64,000 bases of DNA from Octopus sinensis (Eukaryota), in contig NC_043001.1 of the NCBI RefSeq assembly GCF_006345805.1, positions 107,322,001 through 107,386,000 of the forward strand. Direction: 5' to 3'. Numbering within the stretch: the first letter of the stretch is position 1; the number at the start of each line of letters is the position of its first letter. The notes beneath the pieces are model-generated. The model worked only from the letters and a program-made list of their open reading frames with translations, did no database searches and was not told the DNA's origin. A program made the position numbers and the translations under genes. Of this stretch, positions 1-15,599 are shown one piece after another.

Positions 1-317
1 GACAGCGAGATTGAAGTATTAGAAAAAAAAATTAGAGACAAAAAGAAAGATACAGGGGAGATAAACGAGTGGCAGATAGTTAAAGAGAGGGCCAACAAAT
101 GTGAGAGAGGAAGAACGAATTATGATTAAGGGTATCGAAGAGATATGACCATGCTAGAGATAGCAGTCCGAACTTGATTCTAAAACAACTTCATGAATTA
201 GTGACAAAGCGTAGAAGTGGTCGCGAGTGAGTAAAATTTGAACTTAAGAATATTATTCACACACAGCCATGTGTGAATGAGATTTATTACAATTCATATT
301 TATTACAATATAGTGTA

Positions 318-690
318 GCCGGGCGAAATGCGTAACCGTATTTCGTCTGCCGTCACGTTCTGAGTTCAAATTCCGCCGAGGTTGACTTTGTCGTTCATCC
401 TTTCGGGGTCGATAAATTAAGTACCAGTTACGCACTGGGGTCGATGTAATCGACTTAATCCGTTTGTCTGTCCTTGTTTGTCCCCTCTATGTTTAGCACC
501 TTGTGGGTAGTATAGAAATAGGTATTTCGTCTGTATTTACGTTCTGAGTTCAAATTCCGCCGAGGTCGACTTTGCCTTTCATCCTTTCGGGGTCGATAAA
601 TTAAGTACCATTTGCGTAGTGGGGTCTATATAATCAACTGGCCCCCTCCCCAACAAATGTTCGGGCCTTGTACATAGAGCAGAAAATAAT
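318..690 (+). mobile_element. Two tandem copies of tRNA-derived SINE family A
   Basis: B-box-like GAGTTCAAATTCC followed by the body GCCTTTCATCCTTTCGGGGTCGATAAATTAAGTACCAG...GGGGTCGAT, which recurs more than 10 times in the window. Confidence 0.85.
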
Positions 691-769
691 ATAATGTATT
701 CTATGAATATGAGGTAGATCTTTGCAAGATACCTAAATACTGAATTGAATCAAACATTTTGTAATATTG

Positions 770-975
770 GTTTCCAATTTTGGCAAAAGGCCATCAAATC
801 CGGATGGGGCGAAAGTTGATTACATCGGCTTCAGTGCTCAGCTGATACTCATGTTATCGAGTACCGCGATAAGAAATGCCAAAGACGACCTTGATGGAAT
901 TTGAACTCAGAATGCACAGATAGATGAAATACCACGAAGCTTTCACCCTGCATGTTAACGACTCTGTCATCTCGT
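770..975 (-). mobile_element. Degenerate SINE family A copy
   Basis: Reverse-complement similarity to family A (GGAATTTGAACTCAGAA...GAAATACC). Confidence 0.6.
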
Positions 976-1232
976 CGTCCTAGTACTTGGAATAAATAAT
1001 AATATTACTCGAAAATTGCTTTACGTACTTTTGGCACATTTAGCTTATATAATAACATTTTTCATTTAAACTATTTTTTTAAAAGATTAGCACCATGACG
1101 CTCATCTTCATGAGTTCTATCATAGAAGCTAAACAAAAACAAAATGTTTAGGTTTTTGATTCGCTTTTAGGCGTTACCTCTTTTTTCGGCACGTTTGGCC
1201 CCAGTAGTTTTTTTATTTAATTTTTTTTATAT

Positions 1233-1337
1233 CTGTGTGGTAAGTAGCTTGCTTGCCAACCACAGCCTCTTCTACTATAGCCTACCAAAGCCTTGTGAGT
1301 GGATTTGGTAGACGGAAACTGAAAGAAGCCCGTCGTT

Positions 1338-1382
<45 letters not shown>

Positions 1383-1592
1383 GTATCTGCATATGTGAGT
1401 CTGTGTTTGTCCCCCAACATCGCTTGACAACCGATGGTGGTGTGTTTACGTCCCCGTAATTTAGCGGTTCAGCAAAAGACACCGATAGAATAAGTACTAG
1501 GCTTACAAAGAATGAGTCCTAGTGTCGATTTGCTCGACTAAAGGCGGTGCTCCAGCATGGCCACAGTCAAATGACCGAAACAAGTAAAAGAG
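1233..1592 (+). mobile_element. tRNA-derived SINE family B (CORE-like) with a partly deleted head
   Basis: TGTGTGGTAAGTAGCTTGC head, GTGAGTGGATTTGGTAGACGGAAACTGAAAGAAGCC body, internal (TA)n, and 3' tail GGCGGTGCTCCAGCATGGCC..CAGTCAAATGAC.GAAACAAGTAAAAGAG. Confidence 0.85.
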
Positions 1593-1857
1593 TATATATA
1601 TATATATAATTATCGCCATGGGATTCTTGTTTTCGAGATCTATGAGAAAAATTAAATTTAAATATAGCTTTCTTTTGAAAGAAGAAGAATATTCGGACTC
1701 AAAGTCGATTTCAGGCGTTCTTATAACGCTTGTGGCCTCACATTTTACTCAAAATTATTTTCTACTGAATCAATTTTTGAAATGTAGCTTATGATGTGAC
1801 CAATCAAAAAATGTAAATCTCATCTAATTTGGTTTAAAACTGTGTTAGAGACAAAGC

Positions 1858-1876
1858 CTACACACACACACACACT

Positions 1877-1923
<47 letters not shown>

Positions 1924-1972
1924 ACACACGCACACACACACACACTCATACACATGCTCATACATGCACGCA
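1858..1972. repeat. (CA)n microsatellite
   Basis: Read directly from the sequence. Confidence 0.95.
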
Positions 1973-2287
1973 CAAATATTGTATAACCAAATGATAGTTT
2001 TATAATTGTCATAATAAACATATAAAAGTGTCCGATGTCATCATTTATCGACAATTAAACGCCCTATTTCATAACCATGTACACAGAAGAGTCTGTTTTC
2101 TAAATGATTTAAACTCTTTCATTGCTCTTGTAAACACTCTTAGCATGGCTTCTATGGTTTCTATGAATACCAAACAACAACATTTATCATTGATCGTGTC
2201 AGGCAGATGAAAACGTGACCGTCTATCGAAGATATTTTCCTCGCAGTCCCTTAATTCTGAGTTCGATCGCACCTCATCAACCGTAAC

Positions 2288-3480
2288 TTAGATAGATTTC
2301 GGCCTGTATAAGCCCAGGCTAATAATACATTAATAGCGCCATCTGGTGAGTCTCTTAGATCGTGCTTCACACCTCAATCATATAGGGGACAACATGGCCT
2401 ACTCTAGCCAAGAGTTATTGTTGGAGACATATCCGGGTGTAGGAGGTTGGTCTGGGTTGTTTTTGAGAAATTTGTCCAGGGAACTTTTGAATTTTATGGG
2501 ATCTGTTTCCATTTTGATGCATTTTGGTATAATATTAAAGAGAGCTGGACAGGTTGAGGTAAAGTAGTTCTGTTTTGAGTTCGATTTTTGTAGTGGGCCA
2601 TTAGCACGGGTGCCAAGTCTTGGGTGGATTTTAAAAGTGGTGCCAACATCATTTGTGCAATATTGATGGAATATTTTTCACATCATTCAAATGATGTAGC
2701 GCTCACGGCGGCGCTGGAGGAAGTAGAGCTTAAGTTTTTTAGTCGATCCCAGTATTCAATGCCTGTCATGCTTTCTATCTTTCTTGTTATTGGCCTCTGG
2801 AGTGCTTCCACTTTCATAATGCTTTGCATGGTGTGGCGACACCACAGTGGGCAACAGTATTCACGGTGGGTCGGGCAAAAGTAGAGTAGAGAAGGATGAT
2901 GGTGTGGGCATCTCTCGACCAGAAAGTTCTTAGAATCCAGGAGCACAACTTGCGGGCCAAGTCAACCTTGCTTTTTAAATATGAACTCCAACTTAGATTG
3001 CTATCAACAATTACTTCGAGGTTTCTGGTGTTGTTGAATGACACTAGGGAGTCTCCCGAGGGAAGTATATGTGGCAGTTTCAGAGTATCCTCTTTTCCAA
3101 AGTGGATCAAATTAAACTTATCTTCATTTGGAAGCATATTGTTCTTTTTCACCCATTGGACAACGGCAATCAGATCCGACTGAAGGCATGTTTGGTCTCC
3201 CATACCGTTTATGGCCTTCTGGAGCTTGGAATCATCTGCAAAGATTTTCAATGTACAATGTTTGATGATATCTCTTATGTCATTGATGTAGATAATGAAG
3301 ATGAGTGGGTCCAACACTGTACCTTGTGGGGCACTAATACTTACTTTGGCTGAGCTTGACCAGATTCCCTCAACCACAACATGTTGGGTTCCGTTTGCCA
3401 GGAAACAATCCACTGAAGCTGCTTTCTACGGATTCCAATGTTGGACAGTTTCTTCAGCAGGATTTTGTGGTCCACTCTGA
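2288..3480 (-). mobile_element. 5'-truncated, degraded CR1/L2-group LINE (C-terminal half of RT)
   Basis: ORF 2814..3413 carries PQGTVLDPLIFIIYIND, FADDSKL and LEVIVDSNLSWSSY. Upstream, a shifted frame reads RVDHKILLKKL. Confidence 0.85.
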
Positions 3481-3679
3481 AAGAGAGGAAAAGAGAGCAA
3501 AGAGAGAAGGAACTAGGTAGGAAATTTACCTAGGTGCTAGGTATTAGTTTTGTTGCTCTCGCTGTCGTTGCTAGTTTTGATACCGCTGCTGCTGTTGTTG
3601 TCATAGCAACTGTTACATTTGTTGATGTTGGTACTGCTACTGCTAATGTCGTTCTTGTCTTTTTGCAGCTGCTGTTGTT

Positions 3680-3970
3680 ACTCCTGTAAGGGTTGCGGTG
3701 TTTTCCTGACGACAAAAATCTCATAAGTAATTTTCAGCACCACACAAGCGGCATGTTGACATTCTGCTGTCAATCTGCAACACTACATTGGGCAAGTGTC
3801 TGGCATTTCTTCCGCTTCCTCCTGTTTGATCTGGAGCAAGCAGACCTTCGGTGTGAGGACAAAACAAACTGTACTTTTAGTTTGGATTCCGTCGAGAAAC
3901 GAGTCGCTGCCCTTCTGGACAACACAGGCTAAAATAGTATCCAATCGTTGTAGAAATCGTTTCATATTAA
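3680..3970 (-). pseudogene. Fragment of a gag-like ORF1 with a decayed CCHC knuckle (Tx1-type)
   Basis: Frames read VCLLQIKQEEAEEMPD, then LQIDSRMSTCRLCGAENYL*DFC. This parallels IFLQIKPDNFKRIPD...CFVCRETTHLRVIC in the ORF at 34373. Confidence 0.55.
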
Positions 3971-4384
3971 CGTGAGAGTTCCTTCTTCCCGAGTATGTTG
4001 ATTAGAAGCGTTCTGTGTCATATATATATGAATTATGGAGTTCCTCAGCACGAGGACTTGAATTTTTGAAAAGAACAGTCCAGTTCGGAAAATCTTCATA
4101 CAATTATTGTTGCTGTTGTTGCTGAAGTTCTATTCTATTTCTCTCTTTTGTTGATAACAGTGATGCTGCTACTGTTTTTTATTCTTGTGGCCGTTATCTT
4201 CTTGTGCTGGAATCTTCGTTACGCTGTTATTGCTCTCAAACTGTGTTTTTGTCGCCATGGCAACAACGTCACCATCACTTTGAAGACTACTAGTATTCAG
4301 AGCGCAACTACGCTTGTATTTTTGTATGTTCCGTCTCGTGATTCTCTCATTCTCTAACGTTTCTCCTTCGAATTTTATTACGAA

Positions 4385-4692
4385 TTAACTTCCGAAAGGA
4401 TGAAAGGCAAAGTCGACTTCAGCGGAATTTGAACTCAGAACATAACGGCAGACGAAATACCTATTTCTTTACTACTCACAAAGGGCTAAACACAGAGCGG
4501 ACAAAAAGGACAGACAAACGGATTAAGTCGATTATATCAACCCCAGTGCGTAACTGGTACTTATTTAATCGACCCCGAAAGGATGAAAGGCAAAGTCGAC
4601 CACGGTGGAATTCGAACTCAGAACGTAGCCGCAAACGAAATAACATTAAGCATTTCGCCCAGCGTGCTAACGTTTCTGCCAGCTCGCTGAAG
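4385..4692 (-). mobile_element. SINE family A, one partial and one full copy
   Basis: Reverse complement of the family A head and body. Confidence 0.85.
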
Positions 4693-5273
4693 GAAGTTTC
4701 TGTGTAGTCGCTCGCCTTGCCAGGAATAACTGACAAATCCCACTTAAATCACACGCTACCGTCTTATTGGAAGGGCACATTTGGACGTCAGGCCTATTTA
4801 CAATACATCAAAATAATGGGAAAATTCAGGACTATCGCGTTATTATTTGCGCTAATATGACTGACCATGGCCTAATCTACAACAACAACAACAATTAATA
4901 GGGTGTGGAACTGAAGTAACCCAATCAATCTGGAATCACAGTGTACCGCGACTATGTAAGCCAGATTAACTCGTAGATCAACTTAAAGAGATTGACCATA
5001 GGCTAAATATTAACTATTACAATTGGATAATGTGTCTGATTAAGGTTCATTATTGGCTTTTTAATAGTTGTTAATGTAAATAACGGTCTGAAAGAGAGTC
5101 AGTACCCTTTATAAAGAAAATAATCACGTTAATATTCTCTTAATGGCAATAAAGATTTTCTAACTCATATCGATTAGCAACGGGTGAGAAAAACTGCTCT
5201 CCATGAAAGGTTCGATAGAAGCCTGTAACACTTTTCCATTGTAAATATATACACACTTGCACACATGGATATA

Positions 5274-5320
<47 letters not shown>

Positions 5321-5321
5321 T

Positions 5322-5697
5322 CTTTTACTCTTTACTTGTTTCAGTCATTTATGCGGCCCATGCTGGAGCACCACCTTTTAGTACTATTCTATCGGTCTCT
5401 TTTTGCCGAACGGCTAAGTGACGGGGACGTATAAACCACCAGCATCGGTTGTCAAGCAATGCTAGGGGGACAAACACAAACACAGACACACAAACACACC
5501 AATATACATATATATACACATATACGACAGGCTCTTCAGTTTCCGTCTACCAAATCCACTCACAAGGCATTGGTCGGCCGGGGCTATAGTAGAAGAAACT
5601 TGCCCAAGATGCCACGCAGTGGGATGAACCCGCAACCGTGTTGGTTAGCAAGCTACTTACACACAGCCACTCCTGCGCCTATGCCACTCCTGCGCCT
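5322..5697 (-). mobile_element. SINE family B, near full length
   Basis: Reverse complement of the copy at 23665, including the GGCGCAGGAGTGGC head, which is duplicated at 5669-5697. Confidence 0.85.
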
Positions 5698-5856
5698 ATA
5701 TATATATATATATATTATTTATATTATATATATATATATATGTGTCTATATATATATATATATAATAATATAAATAAATATAAATATATGCATATATACA
5801 TACATATATGTACATACCTACATATATGTATACATACATACATGCATGCATATATG

Positions 5857-6290
5857 GGTACAAGACATCAAAAAAAAGAAAACGTTGACACAATGAGAAA
5901 CGAAAACATAAAAACAAAAATATAGAAACGAACTTTTTTTCGAACAACGAAAAAAATAAACTGAGAAACGGGACATACAACATAAAGAATATTCCCCTTC
6001 TTCAGTGGTCCCTGTTTCATCTACTCCGCGTTACGAAGGCAAGGGCAAGACGCGACTTTGTTGAAACAGTCCTTCCCGCAAAGGGATTTTTTGCGGAGGG
6101 TGAAAGTGGTAACAAGAACAGGACAGTGAGAAGAGGAGAGGAGAAGAATAGGGAAAGGTGGGAGAGAAAACCAGAAAGGATGAAGAACATGAGAGGGAGA
6201 GAGATAGATAGAGAAGAGATAGTAAAGATAGAACAGTGCGCATCGTAATTATTACGATAAAACTTAGATGCATGGCGTTCGATCATATAA
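5857..6290 (-). mobile_element. Penelope-like terminal-repeat-derived element with decayed hammerhead remnants
   Basis: Same family as 61870-62130 (inverted) and 19915-19985 (partial). The minus strand contains CTGAAGAAGGGG. Confidence 0.5.
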
Positions 6291-6300
6291 TATAGTATAA

Positions 6301-6680
6301 TCTCTCTCTATATAAACGGCAGTTTGTCTGTGTGTGTGTCTGTGTGTCTGTCAGGTTGTACCTTCACCCTGACCACGGCTTTCAACCGATTCTGATGAAA
6401 CTTGACACACACATAGCCCAATGTCATAATTCAAAACTAACACAGCGAAAATTTTGAAAAGTTCCCCCATTTCTGAAAAACACCGATAAATTCGACATGG
6501 GGTCGAGAAGCAGAAACACAATCACAGACTGCCTAGGGGACGCAACTCGACCTTTTTAACTAAAAAAAATTTACCATCGTTTTTTTCCCATTTTTTTGCT
6601 AATTTTTGGCTATAACTCTCTAAAAATGCTTTATAGTTATTTCCCTTACAAACCCGAGCAACGCCGGGTGATACTGCTAG
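6301..6680 (+). mobile_element. Complete non-autonomous Helitron (380 bp)
   Basis: Starts TC after host A(6300) and ends CTAG(6677-6680) before host T(6681), with no TSD. Subterminal hairpin CCCGAGCAACGCCGGG at 6653-6668. Simple (GT) repeat near the 5' end. Confidence 0.9.
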
Positions 6681-6688
6681 TATAATAT

Positions 6689-7021
6689 AAAGGTCGCTGA
6701 ATAAGGGTTGTTCAAGGATGTTGAACGAAACACCCATGTTTCTAGAGGTGAATTATTCAAACCCCAAAGAATCCCTCTCAACACATGGCTATGATGCTCC
6801 TCCACTACTTCTGCTCGTGATCAGAGATGCACATATCGTCATCCACTAAGGGACATGCTCAACTGGTTAAGGTCAAACAACTGACAAGCAAACCTGTGGT
6901 AGTGAGCACAATATTTGATGTAGCCCATCTTTTATACCAAGACAAATCAATATACATGATGACACTTCCAATCAATTTAGATCAGAAGCCACGAGAGCCA
7001 CTGCCTGGAACTGCATCAGAG

Positions 7022-7024
<3 letters not shown>
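6689..7024. mobile_element. Partial copy of the ~555-bp (TAA)n-associated non-coding element (family C)
   Basis: Matches the right-hand part of 36283-36838 and ends in (TTA)n. Confidence 0.85.
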
Positions 7025-7083
<59 letters not shown>

Positions 7084-7094
7084 TATCATCATCA

Positions 7095-9862
<2,768 letters not shown>

Positions 9863-9975
9863 CATCATCATCATCATCATCATTATTATTATTTATTATT
9901 ATTATTATATTATTATCATTATTATTATTATTATATTATTATTATTATTATTATTATTATTTATTATTATTATTA

Positions 9976-10510
9976 AGTGTGATGTGTTCGCACCACAACC
10001 CTCCTGCAATGGGGCAGGCCAGGCAGTTTTCCTTTGCCTGGTGGCTGTGGCAAAAGAGGTTGTTTGTGGACAAGGCTGAAAGGCTTGAGGACGGATGCAT
10101 TCCTCTTTGGTAGAGATCTCATTCACTTTTTCAAGTTTCAATTGAAAATGAAATTGAGAGTGGAGAGGGAAGTGCTGTCCTTGAGTGAGTTTATTGAAAG
10201 GTGGGTAGACCTGTGAGTCGGAGAGAAAGAATTGAAGAGGGCACATGCTTTTGGGGTTTCAGGTAAATCTCGGAGAGTGGGGGTTTCTAGATTGCCCCTA
10301 AAGGCCTTCCTGTATCGAGGGCCACATCTCTATCATCCTCAAGACCGCTTCTTTAAAACCTTTGTATGCTATGCACGCATCCCTTCTTTTTCAATGTATA
10401 CCCGTGTATACTTACACTCTTTTTTATCATTCCATTATATGTAAACCCCAACACTTTATGTCGGTCTTTGTATTGTCCTCCACTTCTTTCACCCTTATGT
10501 CAAATAAATG

Positions 10511-10512
<2 letters not shown>
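9976..10512 (+). mobile_element. 3'-end fragment of a Tx1/L1-type LINE, copy 1
   Basis: Encodes CLWTRLKGLRTDAFLFGRDLIHFFKFQLKMKLRVEREVLS, homologous to the C-terminus of ORF 30210..31304. Ends AATAAA + (ATC)n. Confidence 0.8.
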
Positions 10513-10547
<35 letters not shown>

Positions 10548-10762
10548 TATTATTATTATTATTATTGTTATTATTATTATTATTATATTATTATTATTAT
10601 TATTATTATCATCATCATCATTCATCATCATCATTATTATTATTATTATTATTATTATATTATTATTATCATTATTATTATTATTATTATTATTATTGTT
10701 ATTATTATTATTATTATATTATTATCATCATCATCATCATCATTATTATTATTATATTATTA

Positions 10763-10813
<51 letters not shown>

Positions 10814-10836
10814 CATTATTATTATTATTATTATTA

Positions 10837-10881
<45 letters not shown>

Positions 10882-10898
10882 CATCATCATCATTATTA

Positions 10899-10935
<37 letters not shown>

Positions 10936-10943
10936 CATTATTA

Positions 10944-10977
<34 letters not shown>

Positions 10978-10979
10978 CA

Positions 10980-11650
<671 letters not shown>

Positions 11651-11667
11651 TATTATTATTATTATTA

Positions 11668-11712
<45 letters not shown>

Positions 11713-11725
11713 TATATCATCATCA

Positions 11726-11771
<46 letters not shown>

Positions 11772-11797
11772 CATTATTATTATTATTATTATTATTA

Positions 11798-11831
<34 letters not shown>

Positions 11832-11866
11832 CATCATCATCATCATTATTATTATTATTATTATTA

Positions 11867-11899
<33 letters not shown>

Positions 11900-11949
11900 T
11901 ATTATTATTATTATTATTATTATTATCATTATTATTATTATTATTATTA

Positions 11950-11992
<43 letters not shown>

Positions 11993-12012
11993 CATCATCA
12001 TCATCATTATTA

Positions 12013-12046
<34 letters not shown>

Positions 12047-12054
12047 CATTATTA

Positions 12055-12088
<34 letters not shown>

Positions 12089-12120
12089 CATCATCATTAT
12101 TATTATTATCATTATTATTA

Positions 12121-12176
<56 letters not shown>

Positions 12177-12177
<1 letters not shown>

Positions 12178-12472
12178 GAAGACTCGCAGCTTATTTTGTT
12201 GGGTATGATGGAATGTGTCAGCTGTCCACAGCCAGAAGACTAACGTAACACTTGCTTACTGGTCATGCTTCGAGGACAACTGTAAGGAGGTGCTTTATCC
12301 ATTCACCAGAGTGAATTGAACCTTGACCAGGAAGAACTGTCATGAGACGGTATTTATCGTCCATCAGACGGTTCATCAGGTGTTTCGACCCTCCCGTTGG
12401 TGGGTCAGCAGAGGTGGCTAAGTCACTGCTCCTCAACTCCTTCTGGTTTCCAGCTTAACACTTCTCTCTTAA
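12177..12472 (-). mobile_element. Displaced 3' end of the HERO-like LINE
   Basis: The minus strand reads REVLSWKPEGVEEQ*, which continues the AERASC*LW frame cut off at 16451. A 3' UTR follows and runs into (TAA)n. Confidence 0.7.
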
Positions 12473-12478
12473 TCATCA

Positions 12479-13894
12479 TCATTGTTCGACCATGGTCGAG
12501 ACAATGGAATTTACCATGCTACGCCATACTTCACGGTCCATCATGGCATTACGGAGGTCCTGTTGCTGGATGCCTGTATCCCTGGAGGTTACATCAGGGT
12601 AGGAGAGTGTGCGCCCTCTGGTATTGCGAGTAGATGGCTTCCAGAGGAGAAGAGTAGAAATTACTTCTTTTTCAGCTCTACAACAATGTCCAGCAAACTG
12701 GACTCTCCTACCTTTCACAAGAGATGACACAGGTGGTAGTTTCCCATATATTTGCATTTTGGTTGGATGGCGCTTCCACGAGAGATTTTGAGCTCTCATA
12801 AGGAGGCGAGTGTAGGTTCCATCCAACCGCCTCTCAAGCTTCTTTGATAACGTCCAGGTTTCTGAGCCATATAGTAGAATTGGTTCGACTGTGGATTTGA
12901 AGATTTCAAGTTTGAAGTCTCTACTTAGATTTGATGACCAGATCTTATGCATGTCATTACAGGCTGACCAGGCCATAACCTTTCTAGTTAGAAAGTCTTT
13001 TCCAGATGATGATATGTATGACCCAAGATATTTATAATCAGAAACCATATTTAAGGGCGCATTGTTGAGAGTATGGATGATGCAATCACTGTTGGACAGG
13101 CACTTGTTTATGTATTCAGTTTTGGCCTCATTGAGGTAAAGACCTACACAATTTGAGGCTTGTTCAAGAGATTGTAAAAGAGACTGGGCATTGGAGAGAG
13201 AATCACTGATAAGAGCGATGTCGTCAGCAAAGTCAGTGTCTGTCAAGTACTCAGCTGGGTGTCTGGAACTTCTTCTTGGTTTTATTTCAAAGCCCTTGCC
13301 AGAGATGGTATCAACTGACATACGTAGCACATAATCAACAACAATGATGAAAAGAAATGGGGCGAGTGTGTCTCCCTGCAGTATTCCGGCTTTGATTGAG
13401 AAAGATGATGTTTCTCCGTCAGGAGTTAAGATGGTTGAAGACGTATCTGTGTAGAGGACCTTGATGGCAGAAATGATTTCGTCTGGTATCCCATAGAGCT
13501 TAAGGATTTCAAACATCTTGTACCTATCTACAGAATCGAACGCTTTAGAAAAGTCTACAAATACCATTGCAAGATCGCAATTAAATGCTTTTGATTCTTC
13601 AATAAGTCTGCGTAGGCATAGTATCTGGCTCAGCGTTGAGCGCCCATGTCTGAATCCATTTTGGTTCTTTCGGAGTAAAGGTTCAACAAAAAGGACAAGA
13701 CGATTTAGGATCAGTTTGTTGTACAGTTTTGCAGCAATTGACATTAGAGATATACCCCTGTAGTTGGTGACGAGGGATAAATCGCCTTTTTTTTGGTATT
13801 GGGATGATTTGAGATTGATGCCAAATCTTTGAAGCGACAAAGGTGGAAAGTGTGTGGTTGCAGAGGTTGAGCAAAAGTGTGTGAAATCTATCAT
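12479..13894 (-). CDS. RTE reverse transcriptase domain (frameshift-separated segment)
   Basis: RT motifs as listed for the element. Confidence 0.85.
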   Translation of the reverse strand: MIDFTHFCSTSATTHFPPLSLQRFGINLKSSQYQKKGDLSLVTNYRGISLMSIAAKLYNKLILNRLVLFVEPLLRKNQNGFRHGRSTLSQILCLRRLIEESKAFNCDLAMVFVDFSKAFDSVDRYKMFEILKLYGIPDEIISAIKVLYTDTSSTILTPDGETSSFSIKAGILQGDTLAPFLFIIVVDYVLRMSVDTISGKGFEIKPRRSSRHPAEYLTDTDFADDIALISDSLSNAQSLLQSLEQASNCVGLYLNEAKTEYINKCLSNSDCIIHTLNNAPLNMVSDYKYLGSYISSSGKDFLTRKVMAWSACNDMHKIWSSNLSRDFKLEIFKSTVEPILLYGSETWTLSKKLERRLDGTYTRLLMRAQNLSWKRHPTKMQIYGKLPPVSSLVKGRRVQFAGHCCRAEKEVISTLLLWKPSTRNTRGRTLSYPDVTSRDTGIQQQDLRNAMMDREVWRSMVNSIVSTMVEQ

Positions 13895-14600
13895 CCTTCC
13901 AAATTATAGCTGGGATGTTGTCGGGACCAAATGCTTTCGAGGCTTTTAGTTGTTTGGTGGCTGCTGTTAGTTCAAATATGGTAAAAGGGGAGGTGTTGAT
14001 GTCCAGCGTGTCTGATATAGGCACACTTGGAAGAGTGGGGTTATCAGGGATTTTGGCATTCTTCCCAAGGAGGTTTTTAAAATGGGTTGACCAATTTTCT
14101 AAACGCTTCTTAGCTGATCCCCCTTTAATTCTAATTGATGACCCAGAATTTTTGCCTGATAGGTCTTTGATGGATTTCCAGGCGAGATGGTGTTTTTTAC
14201 TTTGGATAGTTTACTAATTTTGCCATTGATAAAGTCGACCTCGGCGTTCAAGTAAGCCTCATCAAGATTTTTCTTGGCAGCTATGAGTTGGATCATCAGT
14301 GACTGGGATGGAGAACGGTGGTAAGCTAGTGATATAGACTTTAGATAGTTTCTGGCTTCGATGACATTTGGGGAATTAGAAGGTTTGCTCTGGCTCCTAC
14401 TCTTCTTTTTGGGAAGAGTAGCCAGTGCAAATTCCTCTGTTGATTTGATGAGGCTGCTGTATACTTCTTCAATGTTCTCAGCATCTATTTCAGAAGTAGA
14501 CAAAGATTGAAATGTGTTATAGACCTCAATAGTAAATTGTTTGGACATATCGGGGTTAGATAAGACTTCCTCCCAGTCGATCGTTTTCATCGGGTGAGGC

Positions 14601-15599
14601 TTAGCTTTTTTGGATGAGCTTAACGGTAGCTGATACAATTCTGTGGTCAGAGCCGACAGAACTAAAGGAAGAGTAGGATCTCGAGTTTTTAACACTATTG
14701 CGCCATTTCTTTCGAAAGATGAGGTAGTCAATTTGTGCCCTATCACCAAGTGGGGACTCAAATGTCCAAAGTTGACTTTTTGGTTTCATAAAAGAATTGT
14801 TGAAGGTGTAGAGATTAAATTCCTCCAAGAAGTCTTTGAGCATTTCTCCGTTCCAATTAGTTTTAGAGTTGAAAGTAAACTTGGTCTCATCGGGTCCTAG
14901 TCTAGCATTCAGATCACCAGCTACAACTAGAAAATTATGGAGAGGTACTTGCTCAATGGTTGAACGAAGGGTTGTATAAAAATTCTCAATCTCGTCTGCC
15001 ACAGACGAATTATGTGGGCTATACACACATACCAATGTTGTTTTCGGGTTTCCATCTATCTCAAGCACCATAATTCTAGGTGAGATTGACTCTATACTCA
15101 ATAGAGTATCACTGGCTTTTGATGAAAGTAGAAATCCGATACCTCCAACTGTTGAATTAACAGTATTCTTTGATGCTGAGGAGGTTACGAGTTGATAAGA
15201 ACCGACTTGATGGTATTTGAGGATGTTGTCAGGGTGGTAAAATCGGTGTTCTTGGGCAGCTATTATATCAATGCCATGTGATTCTGCATTTGCACCAAGT
15301 TCTTCTAGCCGGCCCAGAGAGCCGAGGGTGCGGGCATTGAGGGTGCTGAGTATCGTATGATTTTTACAGCTAATGAGGTGTTTGTTTGGTGTTGTTTGGT
15401 TGGGAGCTGACTCTTCTCCATCAGGTGATACCCGTCTGTTAAGATTGAGGGCATCACTGTCAATGGATGCCCTTGGAGGTGCAACGTGATCAGAGATAGG
15501 ACCCGGCAAAGCAGGGGCTGGACCTACATCCGCAGGTATACCATTAGGTCTGGTTCCCTGGGGAAGAGGAACCCTGGTGCAGTTAATTGTAAATTCCAT
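14601..15599 (-). CDS. RTE apurinic-like endonuclease segment
   Basis: APE motifs as listed for the element. Confidence 0.85.
   Translation of the reverse strand: MEFTINCTRVPLPQGTRPNGIPADVGPAPALPGPISDHVAPPRASIDSDALNLNRRVSPDGEESAPNQTTPNKHLISCKNHTILSTLNARTLGSLGRLEELGANAESHGIDIIAAQEHRFYHPDNILKYHQVGSYQLVTSSASKNTVNSTVGGIGFLLSSKASDTLLSIESISPRIMVLEIDGNPKTTLVCVYSPHNSSVADEIENFYTTLRSTIEQVPLHNFLVVAGDLNARLGPDETKFTFNSKTNWNGEMLKDFLEEFNLYTFNNSFMKPKSQLWTFESPLGDRAQIDYLIFRKKWRNSVKNSRSYSSFSSVGSDHRIVSATVKLIQKS

Noticed and set aside
12370-12400. GGUC-GAAAC-AC-CUGAUGA-ACC in the HERO 3' UTR as a hammerhead
   Set aside because: Only 2 nt separate the two core halves, leaving no room for stems I and III or a cleavage site.
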